From an uncultured bacterium (GTDB lineage Bacteria; Babelota; Babeliae; Babelales; Vermiphilaceae), in contig OY970212.1 of assembly GCA_963713925.1 (NCBI GenBank), positions 1,152,001 through 1,216,000 of the forward strand: 64,000 nucleotides of DNA, written 5' to 3'. Each line of letters starts with the position of its first letter. The stretch's first letter is position 1. Below are positions 45,323-55,578 of this stretch, in pieces. The translations under genes were made by a program, and so were the position numbers. The notes under the pieces were generated by a model that had not been told where the DNA came from, made no database searches, and was given only the letters and a program-made list of their open reading frames with translations.

Positions 45323-46450
45323 TTACCAGAGTTGCTTTGCATTTCTCTTCCTCTTATCTCCGACAATGTGATGCATAAGCGCTTTACCAAATTCCTTATC
45401 GCGATTTTCTTGTGCTTGCGAAATTTCTTGTAAAACTGGATCTATTTCTTGCATTGCCTGTTGCTGACTTGCCAAAAATTTTTGGACTTCTTTTTCAACT
45501 TCTTCTGCACTCATTTCCTCGCAAGCGCCCGCGGAGGCGGATTGTTTTTGCTCTTGCAAACTTTCTTGCCCGTCACCTATCGAAGCATCATTTTTCTCTC
45601 GTGTCTGATTTTTGTCCTGATCTTGTTTAGATTGACCCTCTTGCTCGTCGTTACCAAGAATATCTTCAGCTTTTCGAGAGTGCCGCTGCTGCTCTGATTT
45701 TTTATCTTTGCCGGATTTATTGCGTTCAGAAGCAGATTTATCACGCTGCTCGGTCTCGTCTTCAGATTGATCCTCGGGTTGCGGTTCATCGCCCTTCTGT
45801 TGCCGAGCATTGTCAGATTTATCGGAACCGGACCTATCTTTTTTCATCTGATCTCCATTTTCATCTTCTGGAGATCCATCTTCTCCCTCAGAACCTTCTT
45901 GTTGCTGATCATTTTTTTTATCTTGTTGACCTTGTTGCTTTTGAGAATCCTTTTTCTCTTTTGATTGTTCGTTATTTTTTTTCTCTTGCGGTTCTTGCTT
46001 CTGCTTTTTTTGTTCTTCATCCTGCCGCTTCTTTTCAAGTAATTCTTCTACCATCTTTTTATTCGCGCGCGCAGACTCATTATCCGGATTGAGCGCTAAC
46101 GTCAAATCATATTGCTCAACCGCCTGCTCTAATTCATTCAACTTCACATGTGCATTGCCTGCATTAAAATGAATTTTTTCCAATAAAGCTTCATCAACTT
46201 TTTCTTGCGTTGCACTTTCTTGAAAATAATTAAGCGCCTGTTTTGCATCGCCCTTTTTATATGAAATAACTCCCGCATCATACAAACGAGCCGGATCAAA
46301 TGGATTATCAAGAAGCGATTGCCCTATTAATTGTGAGGCAGAATTCAGATCATTTTTTTCAAGAGCGGAAATTGCGTGTTGATGTTCAAACCAGCCAAAG
46401 ATCGAGCTCTCAATCGCAAATAGGCAGAAAGCGTATGCATATCTCTTCAT
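45323..46450 (-). CDS. batC: BatC-like TPR protein with Q/E/K/D-rich tail
   Basis: HFNAGNA...ALNPDNESARAN; low-complexity linker; terminal W. Confidence 0.82.
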   Translation of the reverse strand: MKRYAYAFCLFAIESSIFGWFEHQHAISALEKNDLNSASQLIGQSLLDNPFDPARLYDAGVISYKKGDAKQALNYFQESATQEKVDEALLEKIHFNAGNAHVKLNELEQAVEQYDLTLALNPDNESARANKKMVEELLEKKRQDEEQKKQKQEPQEKKNNEQSKEKKDSQKQQGQQDKKNDQQQEGSEGEDGSPEDENGDQMKKDRSGSDKSDNARQQKGDEPQPEDQSEDETEQRDKSASERNKSGKDKKSEQQRHSRKAEDILGNDEQEGQSKQDQDKNQTREKNDASIGDGQESLQEQKQSASAGACEEMSAEEVEKEVQKFLASQQQAMQEIDPVLQEISQAQENRDKEFGKALMHHIVGDKRKRNAKQLW

Positions 46451-47463
46451 AACAACCACTCAATTAAAAGAAGTAATGCGCCAATACCGGTGAAAATGAA
46501 ATATTTATTTTGATAATAACTCTGTTGCTTTTCTTCAAATTTTTCTTTTTCATACTGCTCAATGGTTTGCTGTATCTCTTGCAAATCTGCATCATTGCTC
46601 CCATCAAGGACAATTGACAACCCTTGCGACTCTTGAGCAAGCTGATCAAGCGCCGTCTTGTTCAATTTTGAAATGACGACTGCACCTTTATCATCTTTCA
46701 CATATCCAAGCGAATTTCCTTTTGCGTCAACAATCGGAATTGGGGCGCCTTCAAAACTTCCAACGCTCGCAAGCAACAAGTGAACACCATGATGAGCTGC
46801 CATTTCAGATACATGTGAAATAGCTCCCGATGAATCTTCCCCATCGGAGACAATAATGAGCAGCTTATGTTTTTTTTCAGGATTTTTTTCATACATAGTG
46901 ATTGCTGCTTTTACCGGTGCTGAAAGATCAGTCCCTGAAGCTGAAACGGTTCCTTGATCAACGTCAGACAGATACGAAAAAAAGGCCTCATAATCATGCG
47001 TGAGAGGACAGACTACGAAGGCATTTGCCGCAAACAAAATAAGGCTTACACGATCAGACTTCACGCGCGCGATTAACTGTTTTATTTTTTGCTTTGCAAA
47101 CTCCAAACGATTCGGCTTACTATCTTGTGCTAACATGCTGCGAGAGATATCAAGTGCGATGCAAATATCGCGCCCTTCATGTTGCACCGTTTCTTCTTGT
47201 TTATCCCATGCCGGCCCCAGCAACGCGAGTGCTAAAAAGAGGCTTGCGCTGATCAAGCAGATCACTTTGATCACTTGTTTGAGCGGAGAGTAATTGAGCA
47301 AAAGCCAGGCAGACGAGTTTCCTGTCAATTGCTTCAAAAGAATGCGACGTTTGTAAAACCCATAGAGCGCCAAGGCTGCGATACCGACGCAAAAAAGAAT
47401 CGCCAGGCCTAACCATGAGCGATATAAAAGATGCATTTCTGCAAAGTTCTGTGCAATGTTCAT
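46447..47463 (-). CDS. batB: BatB VWA-domain protein
   Basis: DISRSMLAQD.KPNRL, CPLTHD, SDGED, VISKLN. Confidence 0.9.
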   Translation of the reverse strand: MNIAQNFAEMHLLYRSWLGLAILFCVGIAALALYGFYKRRILLKQLTGNSSAWLLLNYSPLKQVIKVICLISASLFLALALLGPAWDKQEETVQHEGRDICIALDISRSMLAQDSKPNRLEFAKQKIKQLIARVKSDRVSLILFAANAFVVCPLTHDYEAFFSYLSDVDQGTVSASGTDLSAPVKAAITMYEKNPEKKHKLLIIVSDGEDSSGAISHVSEMAAHHGVHLLLASVGSFEGAPIPIVDAKGNSLGYVKDDKGAVVISKLNKTALDQLAQESQGLSIVLDGSNDADLQEIQQTIEQYEKEKFEEKQQSYYQNKYFIFTGIGALLLLIEWLL

Positions 47464-48440
47464 ATAACAAACCAGAGCAATGTGCACGCGATAAGCTCTA
47501 CCAACAACAATGCAATAACCCAAGCAAGCGCTGTGTGGTAGACATCGGTGATTCTGACATATTTTTTCACTTCAACTTTTGTTTTCTCAAGCCTATCAAT
47601 TTTCTCATAAATCGCACGCATATCCGAGGCAGAATCAGCCATAAAGAATGCTCCGCCCGTTCTTGAGGCAATTTCTTCAAGCAGCGGTTCATTTACCCCT
47701 TCATACAAGATGCCTTGCAATGTTTGTCTTTGCCTGCCCCTGCCACCTATCCCGATGGTATATACGCGAACTCCAAGCGCCTTAATAAAATCCAAAGGAA
47801 TCTGCATTTCAATATCTCCCACCGTTGGAGCACCGTCAGTCAACACAATAATAATCTTACTTTTTGCCTGAGAGCCCTTCAAACGATTTGCTGCAGTTAA
47901 CAGGCCAATTCCCAAATGAGTTTCATTGTGATTTAAAAGCCCTATTGTAATGTCATGAATGCAGGACAATATCATATCTTTATCGTGAGTAAGCGGACAG
48001 CGAGAAAATGCTTCCATTGCAAAAACGACCATTCCGATGGAATCTTGATCCCGTTTTTTGACGAATCTGACTGCTTCATCTTTTGCAATTTCAATTCGGC
48101 TTCGCATATCGCGCGGATTATCTATGGCGCCCATACTTCCCGAAATATCAAGCGCAAGCATAATATCAATACCAAAATTCTCTGAATTCGTGTACTGATC
48201 TTTGCGTTGAATGCGGCTCGTGAGCACTAATAATACGGTTAAAATGACAAGTCGCAACAACCAAAAAAATTGAGAATGATATGATATGACGCCATACCCT
48301 GAGTTTGCGATATATTGCACAAGAGAATGCTGATACACAATTGGCTTGTAATAAAATAAACGATGCCATGCACACACTGCAAGTATGATGCCACCGAGTA
48401 TCAAGACATATGGATATGCGATATGAAATGATTCAAACAT
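47460..48440 (-). CDS. batA: BatA VWA-domain protein
   Basis: GIDIMLALDISGSM, CPLTHD, LTDG, VYTIGIG, IYEKIDRLEKT. Confidence 0.92.
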   Translation of the reverse strand: MFESFHIAYPYVLILGGIILAVCAWHRLFYYKPIVYQHSLVQYIANSGYGVISYHSQFFWLLRLVILTVLLVLTSRIQRKDQYTNSENFGIDIMLALDISGSMGAIDNPRDMRSRIEIAKDEAVRFVKKRDQDSIGMVVFAMEAFSRCPLTHDKDMILSCIHDITIGLLNHNETHLGIGLLTAANRLKGSQAKSKIIIVLTDGAPTVGDIEMQIPLDFIKALGVRVYTIGIGGRGRQRQTLQGILYEGVNEPLLEEIASRTGGAFFMADSASDMRAIYEKIDRLEKTKVEVKKYVRITDVYHTALAWVIALLLVELIACTLLWFVI

Positions 48441-48464
48441 TATGCTTCAAGCTCCACGTACTAT

Positions 48465-49202
48465 TTACTTTTGGGATTCTGCATTCGTTTTTAAATACCA
48501 GTCGCGTACTCGTGCGTTAAAAACATCACTCGTTTCATTTGCTTCCAACACAAATGTTGGCCCGACTGTCACCGTAATTTCATGATATTCTAAAAGCCAC
48601 GTGCCGGGAGGATACACTTTGTAGGCTCCTTGAATCAAAATGGGCACAACCGGACGATTTGTCTTTTGTGCCAATGTGATAAACCCTGAATAAAAATCAT
48701 GAATTTTCCCGTCAGTAAATCGCCCGCCTTCGGGAAAGATAACCAAGTGTATCTTCTTCCCTCTATTGGCCAATTTAATAGCACGTAAAAGTGTTTTCAT
48801 ACCGGCGATTGGACTTGAAGTGTCGACAAGAATTGCAATGCGCGGCAACATAAAGCGCAATATTGGCGACCAGGTTAACAGCGTGTTTAATGCAAGCCAC
48901 ATATGCGGAAATCTGCCCAAGGCAAGTGATATCAGCGGGATATCAAGAGCTGATTGATGATTTGCTATGACAATTGCCGGCCGCTTAGGAATATTTTCAA
49001 GGCCTTTGAACTTTATGGGAAGCAGCGTCGCTTTCATCGCAAGCCAGCAAAAAATATATTCAAATCCAAAATAGATCTTGCTTGTCATTCTCCACTGTTG
49101 CGGAAGCAAAAGAAGTATAAGCCCCGGAATAAATGCAACACAAATCAAAACAAAAACTAAAAAATAGGCGAGTGCTGAATGAAGAATACGTATAAGCCGC
49201 AT
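48465..49202 (-). CDS. plsC: 1-acyl-sn-glycerol-3-phosphate acyltransferase
   Basis: NHQSALD (HX4D), FPEGGR, PVVPI. Confidence 0.9.
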   Translation of the reverse strand: MRLIRILHSALAYFLVFVLICVAFIPGLILLLLPQQWRMTSKIYFGFEYIFCWLAMKATLLPIKFKGLENIPKRPAIVIANHQSALDIPLISLALGRFPHMWLALNTLLTWSPILRFMLPRIAILVDTSSPIAGMKTLLRAIKLANRGKKIHLVIFPEGGRFTDGKIHDFYSGFITLAQKTNRPVVPILIQGAYKVYPPGTWLLEYHEITVTVGPTFVLEANETSDVFNARVRDWYLKTNAESQK

Positions 49203-49211
49203 CTCATTTCC

Positions 49212-49940
49212 TCATTTGTAAAGTAAATCATATTGATTATGTACGACTCTTATATACATCACTGATGCCGTACTCATTATCAATGACACAAGTATAAGAA
49301 GCATTGCGACAAGCGCAAGTATACAACCCATGGCCACCACACCACTCGTCGTTCTATAAACCAAATACGAAACAAGTAGTTCAGCTTTGAAACCAACTAC
49401 GAAAATGACACTGATACTTGCTAAAACGATCGGCACATATGCAATCATCAGAGTCCCGGCCGCGCGAAGAGATACAAAAAAGTTTTTTTGATCATAGATT
49501 GCTAAAATAAACCAAGACATAAAAAAAACATACAAAATGCTCATCACGATAATCGAAAAACGACCTATTCCAAAAAAACGTTCAAAATAGATAAACAAGA
49601 TTCGAGCAATAACATCAAAAATAATAATCGGAATAAGCGACCGCATAAAGATACGCGCAAAGTCTTCAACTGATTTTGCACCGACAGAAACTCTGCTCAG
49701 ATAGATAACAACAGCCGCGACGAAAGGAAGAATGGAAAAGAACGCGCCCAATGCTATCGGAGTGTAAAAGTGCAATATGATATACACTAATGAAAATAAA
49801 ATCATCAAAATAAAAAATGGTGCATTCGCTTTTTCAAGCCACACTTGCTGCCAACGATGCAATGTAGCAAGAATAATCATTTTAAGATTATTGAGTGTTA
49901 TTTGTTCGCGCCAGAGAGAGAGTATCTGTTGCATATTCAT
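49212..49940 (-). CDS. Hypothetical polytopic membrane protein
   Basis: About 6 hydrophobic segments, SD AAGGAG. Confidence 0.8.
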   Translation of the reverse strand: MNMQQILSLWREQITLNNLKMIILATLHRWQQVWLEKANAPFFILMILFSLVYIILHFYTPIALGAFFSILPFVAAVVIYLSRVSVGAKSVEDFARIFMRSLIPIIIFDVIARILFIYFERFFGIGRFSIIVMSILYVFFMSWFILAIYDQKNFFVSLRAAGTLMIAYVPIVLASISVIFVVGFKAELLVSYLVYRTTSGVVAMGCILALVAMLLILVSLIMSTASVMYIRVVHNQYDLLYK

Positions 49941-49949
49941 GCTCCTTTT

Positions 49950-50093
49950 GGGGGTCCCCCGATCGTAGCGTACCTGTCACGCCACGTCTCTGCCTTTGGC
50001 TCCGCCGGGCACGGCCATAGCCTACAGGCGACGGCGGAAGCGCATTGGGCCCCATACAAAGCTTGCGCGAAGTATGGGTAAGTAATTGGGGTT
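49950..50093. repeat. Nested palindromic cluster (families C and D)
   Basis: GGGGGTCCCCC...GCCATAGCCTACAGGCGACGGCGG...GGGCCCCATAC...GTATGGGTAA...AATTGGGG. Confidence 0.75.
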
Positions 50094-50162
50094 AAAAAGA
50101 CATATCTCCTCTACTATATCGAATGCGTGATTTTTTTAAATACTGAAATTTTGCGCTTACGC

Positions 50163-50193
50163 AAAAAAAGGGAAGGAGTTAAACTCCTTCCCC
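50163..50193 (-). terminator. Intrinsic terminator
   Basis: GGGAAGGAGT-taa-ACTCCTTCCC, U-tract on minus strand. Confidence 0.75.
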
Positions 50194-50210
50194 ATATTTT
50201 TATTAACCTC

Positions 50211-50813
50211 TTACTTTTTCAAAAATACACCGGCCGCAAGGGAAGCCGCTCCGGCAAGAACTCCTAAGGCAAATGTACTCCATGAAGGAGTCAAATGTAC
50301 CGAACTTTGTCCACTCGCTGTTATCGGCGTATTGACTGTTATTTTGTTACCCATTGCGTGAACGGCAAGTCCACCGACAACCAGTCCGGCAACGCCGGCG
50401 ATTGGTATCAAAAGAGTTCTTATTTGATTGTCATTATGTAGACGATTTATCTCATCGAGAGTATTATATTGAAACTTGTACTGATCACTGTACCTCCTAT
50501 TATAATGACAGTGCGCATAATCCAAACCACCGCGGTAGGTGACATACGTCTTTATCTGGTGATCCCTCATTTTTTTCGTAACGTTATTATGTATCATTTC
50601 AACATTGCTTGGAATAATAGGAATACCGGTTGCAATTATTGTTTGATTGATTGCTTTGCTAAGCATTGCTTGAACGTCACTAATATGAACATGTGTATAA
50701 GCGCCCTCTTCCAGATCAGAAAATTTAAATGGCTCTTTCTGCTTGCTAACCTGCGAAGCAAAAACACCTGAAAATGAGCCTAAAATCAAAGATAGATATA
50801 TAACTTTCTTCAT
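50211..50813 (-). CDS. Hypothetical secreted protein with two C-terminal Gly-rich hydrophobic helices
   Basis: Signal peptide; SD AAGGGGG. Confidence 0.8.
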   Translation of the reverse strand: MKKVIYLSLILGSFSGVFASQVSKQKEPFKFSDLEEGAYTHVHISDVQAMLSKAINQTIIATGIPIIPSNVEMIHNNVTKKMRDHQIKTYVTYRGGLDYAHCHYNRRYSDQYKFQYNTLDEINRLHNDNQIRTLLIPIAGVAGLVVGGLAVHAMGNKITVNTPITASGQSSVHLTPSWSTFALGVLAGAASLAAGVFLKK

Positions 50814-50861
50814 AAAAAACCCCCTTAAAAATAGATTCTTTTAACCCTGTTAGTTATTATT

Positions 50862-50889
50862 AGTATACCTGAACTTTTCTATATGTCAA
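50862..50889 (-). promoter_or_regulatory. Putative sigma70 promoter
   Basis: TTGACA-16 nt-TATACT upstream of 50813. Confidence 0.55.
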
Positions 50890-51071
50890 TTTATTTATTG
50901 ATTTATGATAAAAACATGACAAAACAGGCTCTGATAGAAGGCAAAAACAGCTAAAAAAGGGTCATTTTGCTGTTTTTTTATAACCCTGGCTTACAAGGCA
51001 GAAAAACAGTATAATTTGACCTAATTTATCAAAAAACCAAAAGCCAAGGGATTGATATTGGAAGGCCACTT

Positions 51072-51938
51072 ATGAATAAACAAAATCGATACATTGGAAT
51101 CATTGCATCGACCTGTATAGCTGCCAGCTTATTTTTGTGTATACAGCTGAGCACCGGCGCACAATCAACATTTGAACATAATGGCGCACCAACACAAGCA
51201 TTAAAAAATCTTTTTAATCATTTAGACCATCCGGTTGAAACACTTCAGGATGCAAATGATTTTGCACAAAAACATTTGCTCCGCAGAGGTGAACGTTGGG
51301 ATGAACAAAACGAACTTTTTGCTTTATTGGAAGGCAAAAAACAATTATTAATTGATGATCTTGATAACCTCGGGATGCTCAAAGAAATAAAACCGACCAA
51401 AAATTCTTATGATTACATTCTTCTCATGGGTGCAACGACAGAAACTGTTAAAAAGCGACTCAATTATTTAGCACATCTTAAAAAAGATCATGCTGTAATC
51501 TTCAAAAAAATAATACTGCTGGGCAGCGATCGGCCTCTGCTCGAGAGAGAAAAAGTTGGTCTTCCTGCTCACGTGATCACTGAAAATCAGATGCTATTGC
51601 ATTTGATTGAGCATCATCCTCTTTTGCGTGATGATGAAATCATCGTCATCGATTCTCCGATGATACAAAAGCCGAACGGCACACTCGCGCGACCAACAAC
51701 TGACACAACCATTATTAATTTCGCACAAACGGCACCTCATGATGGCAGTTGTTTGGTTATTTCTAACGCTCCGTATATCATACGACAAACAAAGGCCACA
51801 AAACGTTTGCTTGATCAAACACGATTCACTACCGAAGGTGCGGGCCCTGCAAAAAATATGGCAAAAGAAATCAACATTGCTGTGTTGATTGATGAGTTTG
51901 CGCGCACTTTGTATGAGACATACAAGGGCATACAATAA
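51072..51938 (+). CDS. Conserved hypothetical exported protein, possibly YdcF/DUF218-like
   Basis: YDYILLMGA, LLGSDRPL, RPTT, LVISNAPY..RQ. Confidence 0.7.
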   Translation: MNKQNRYIGIIASTCIAASLFLCIQLSTGAQSTFEHNGAPTQALKNLFNHLDHPVETLQDANDFAQKHLLRRGERWDEQNELFALLEGKKQLLIDDLDNLGMLKEIKPTKNSYDYILLMGATTETVKKRLNYLAHLKKDHAVIFKKIILLGSDRPLLEREKVGLPAHVITENQMLLHLIEHHPLLRDDEIIVIDSPMIQKPNGTLARPTTDTTIINFAQTAPHDGSCLVISNAPYIIRQTKATKRLLDQTRFTTEGAGPAKNMAKEINIAVLIDEFARTLYETYKGIQ

Positions 51939-52017
51939 AAATCCCCCATGGTGTGCATGGGGGGCCTTCAATCAGTGGGTCTCGAATGTATCACGTTTGG
52001 GTGAAAATAAATATCGC

Positions 52018-52401
52018 TTATCTTTGCTGAGCTTCAGTCAACCATGCAAGTGCAAGCGCACCAATTGCTATCACTGCGTCACGAGCAATAATGTCATAAA
52101 ACATATTCATGCTGGCCAAATCGATAATAACCAACCCCATCCATGCGGCAACCAGATATGCACCAAATCGAGGATAAAACCAAACGAGAAGTCCGGCAGC
52201 AATTTCGATGACAGCGGTTATTTTTATGAAATTCATAACCCCTAAACTTGCAGGAAGCAATGCAGTAATTGCTGGACTTGTATACTTCAACCAATCTACC
52301 AAAAACCATGTGAATATTTTATCAAGGCCTATGATGATTGGGACTAATGTATAGGTTATTTTCAACATTAGTTGTGTTCGATGTACCAGATTAAAATCCA
52401 T
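52018..52401 (-). CDS. DoxX-like small membrane protein
   Basis: PIIIGLDK, IEIAAG, YDIIARD; 4 TM segments. Confidence 0.75.
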   Translation of the reverse strand: MDFNLVHRTQLMLKITYTLVPIIIGLDKIFTWFLVDWLKYTSPAITALLPASLGVMNFIKITAVIEIAAGLLVWFYPRFGAYLVAAWMGLVIIDLASMNMFYDIIARDAVIAIGALALAWLTEAQQR

Positions 52402-52542
52402 ATGTTCTCCCTTTTTGAAAGATTATAAAAAGATCTAACAACAAAAAAAATATGAAATCAAACAATATTTTTAGATTTTGTTTGTTTTTTGAAAACATGA
52501 AAATTTGTATCAATCTCGCCATTTAATCAACCTATCGTTTTC

Positions 52543-52745
52543 GCCGTTCGTGGTGAGCGGTGTGCAACAGAGTCGAACCATACGAACTTCCTTATTATCT
52601 ATATGGTCGGTATACTTGAACCATCACTGCATTTAACGATATATACGTAAAAGTTTTTGCATCTATTTTCTTGTTCGTATGGTTCGACTTCGCTATGCTC
52701 CGCTCACCACGAACGATTGGAAGCTTACAAAAACTCAACGGAACC
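52543..52745. mobile_element. Family B MITE/REP element
   Basis: Two inverted CCGTTCGTGGTGAGC...TCGAACCATACGAAC cores; right end AAAACTCAACGGAACC. Confidence 0.85.
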
Positions 52746-52770
52746 CGATAATTCATAATTGGTAACACAT

Positions 52771-53898
52771 ATGCATTCATGGATAGAGATCAACAAGAAA
52801 GCTTTTGAATCAAACGCAGCATTATATCATTCAATAATCGGAACAGAAAAATCGCTCGCTATTGTTTTAAAATCAAATGCATATGGCCACGGGCTTGCCG
52901 TCATGGGTCAACTTGCACAAGAGAACAATAGTATACAATTGTTGATGGTTGCATATCTTCATGAAGCTATCACACTCCGCAAGAATGGCATCTCAAAACC
53001 AATCTTAATACTCAATCCAGTCAGATCTAATCTTGAAGACATCATCACCTATAATGTAAGCATCATGCTAACGGATCTCGATCTGCTACCGCAACTCAAC
53101 GCTATCGCACAAAAACACAACACGCGGCTTCACGTCCATGTGAAAATTGATACGGGATTATCTCGATTTGGGTTTCCAGCTGAAACTATTATTGATACGC
53201 TGCGCGCGATTGCAAAACACAAACATGTCGTCATTGAAGGTTTGTACACTCACTTTGCAGAATCAAATAGTGCCGATTTAACCTACACGTACCATCAAAA
53301 TGATTTGTTCTCTTCTATCATCGATCAATGTATACGAGCAGGCTTTGATATTCGTTATTTCCACAGTTCAAATACCGCCGGAACCACAAGCATTACCCAT
53401 CATCTTGCCATCAACCTTTTTCGTTTAGGCGCCGGATTGTATGGGCTTGAACCATCGCCTGCAACAGCTACTTCTAATTGGTTGCCGAGCACATCGCAAC
53501 GCCCTATTCCGCTACTCGCCTGGAAAACGCGCATCTGTCACATTAAAACTGTTCCAGCCGGAACACCCGTTGGATACAACCGCACATGGCTTGCACAGCG
53601 TGAGACAAAAATCGCCATCATTCCGGTTGGTTATTATGACGGGCTTAATAAAGCATTGAGTAATAAAGCAGTGGTAAAAGTAAAAAATCAGTATGCGCCC
53701 ATTGTCGGACTCATTAGCATGAATGCCGCCATGATTGATATTACGGATATTCCACAAGTGAACCTTGATGACGAAGTCATTTTGCTTTCACCCGACTCTC
53801 AGATCAGTGCACAGCGACATGCGGAAATCACTGGATGCAACAATCCGCGGCAAATTACGTGTGGAATCAATGGTGAATTGGTAAGAAGAACTATATAA
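52771..53898 (+). CDS. alr: Alanine racemase
   Basis: VLKSNAYGHG, HVKIDTGLSRFG, YTHFA, VGYNRTW, PVGYYDG. Confidence 0.95.
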   Translation: MHSWIEINKKAFESNAALYHSIIGTEKSLAIVLKSNAYGHGLAVMGQLAQENNSIQLLMVAYLHEAITLRKNGISKPILILNPVRSNLEDIITYNVSIMLTDLDLLPQLNAIAQKHNTRLHVHVKIDTGLSRFGFPAETIIDTLRAIAKHKHVVIEGLYTHFAESNSADLTYTYHQNDLFSSIIDQCIRAGFDIRYFHSSNTAGTTSITHHLAINLFRLGAGLYGLEPSPATATSNWLPSTSQRPIPLLAWKTRICHIKTVPAGTPVGYNRTWLAQRETKIAIIPVGYYDGLNKALSNKAVVKVKNQYAPIVGLISMNAAMIDITDIPQVNLDDEVILLSPDSQISAQRHAEITGCNNPRQITCGINGELVRRTI

Positions 53899-54014
53899 CG
53901 CAAGGATGTTTATCATCGAACATCGACCCTTAAGTAGCTCTTTTATCATTCACATCTCCCGAAAGGCGTGGTAGATTCTGCTAAAATTAATGTTCACACA
54001 AAGAAAATCAACTT

Positions 54015-55153
54015 ATGAATGGCAAAAACATAAAAAACATCTTGTTTTTATTCTTTTCAATCTTCTATGCGAACATTGCTCATGCAGAAGCTCAAACCGA
54101 CACACATATCGAAGTATCTGTGGGCCATTGCATCATCATTCGTTATCAAAAAAAAGAGCTCATTGCTCATCCACGGCAGAAGTTTTATCTCGCCGAATTA
54201 GACACATGGGTTACGGCAAGCATATTAAAGGCCGGGGACAAGCTCTTTTCAAAAAAGCTCGGTCAGGTTTCGATTGACTCCGTTGAGCTTGTTCCGATTA
54301 AAGACGCTAAAAAACACATAAGCTTCTTTAGATTGCGCAACTTTTTTTTATCGGGTGACTCTATTATCATGTCCAAATCGGATGTGGGTTGGAATAGTGA
54401 TACCATACCGACAGCTTCATCGTGGCCTGAATTCATTATGACGGTTTTAGTCCACCTTACCGCCACTGCGTTGCCATATGTCTTGGATTGGACTATGTAC
54501 CGGATTATGGATTGGATCTTATCGGAATCGGATGAAAAGCATGACTTTGACCGAGAAAATGATGAAGGCGTTACTTCAAAAAAGCATGTCTCGGGATCTA
54601 CTTTTTATGCTCCAATGGTAACTCCGCGGCCGACCGAAGACCCAAAGCCCACTGGATGCCCGACTCCACCACTACCGGCTCCAACTCACACGGGCGGCGA
54701 CCAAATACCAAAAATCGAACCAATTGTTACCATCCCAACCCCAGTACCGGAATCAATATCAAAAGAACCAAAGCCCGGCTGCTTTCCAATTCCATCGCTG
54801 GAAGAGCTCACTCCTCTCGTTTTGACACAAGAAGTCATTCAAGAGCGGCCTACTCCACAAGGCGGAGGATAAAAACGGTTGATGAAATTCTTGAAGGAGC
54901 TATTCCTGGAGCTAAAACAAGAGGTCCTTCAACAATATTCATAAAACCCGGCGATTTTGATGATGCATTGAAAGATTTTGAGCCTCTCAATCCGGTCGAC
55001 ATTGAAGATATTTCAATTGGAAAGAGAGGTTATTTACCTGATGGTCGACATGTAAACGCGCGAAACGAAAGTAAAGATAGTAGAGCAACATTGGAAATTT
55101 ACGATCCAAAAACCGAAAAAAAAATAAAAATTCGATATGGAGATAAACCGTGA
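54015..55153 (+). pseudogene. Polymorphic toxin-like gene (degenerate Hint region, Pro-rich linker, C-terminal toxin-like domain), frameshifted near 54840-54870
   Basis: HPRQKFY...WV.A..LK.GD Hint-like block; second frame KTVDEIL...DALKDF..LNP...G.LPDGR.V..R..S...ATLEI...KIRY. Confidence 0.7.
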
Positions 55154-55557
55154 TTGAAAGTTGGGAGCGATGGGAACCCATACCAAATTTAGCGAGATGC
55201 CATGATGTGGAAAAAGTAGTGGAATCTTTTCAAAACTTTTCGCTGGAGATTATCGAACTCGAAACTGATCAAAACAATAAAATTTTGCTCGATTTCGGTA
55301 AAACTGTGCAAGCATACAGAAATGTTTACGAAACCTTTCGAGTTATGCTTTTCACAAAACTGCGAAACAAATACGGAACTGATTTTTACGCAAATTGGAC
55401 GTTTTTTAAAGTCCAAGATTCCGAATATATAAAATGGATCGAACAAAGATCCAACACATCTTGCTCAAGTATAAAGCTTTCACACTTCAGCTTTCTTTTC
55501 AATGATTCAGTCGTTGATGTTATAGCTTCGCAAGAACCAAAAATTATACTTTTGTAA
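55150..55557 (+). CDS. Putative immunity protein 1
   Basis: GTGA overlap with toxin frame; WERWEPIPNL...KYG..F...WTFFKV..S..KW...EPK. Confidence 0.75.
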   Translation: MIESWERWEPIPNLARCHDVEKVVESFQNFSLEIIELETDQNNKILLDFGKTVQAYRNVYETFRVMLFTKLRNKYGTDFYANWTFFKVQDSEYIKWIEQRSNTSCSSIKLSHFSFLFNDSVVDVIASQEPKIILL

Positions 55558-55578
55558 AAAAATGATTGGATCAATATC

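Noticed and set aside
45001..45390. 129-aa ORF between batC and batD
   Set aside because: Translation of the family B element; no SD and no family resemblance.
54860..54880. Programmed frameshift in the toxin gene
   Set aside because: No in-phase slippery heptamer before the TAA; a simple mutation is more parsimonious.
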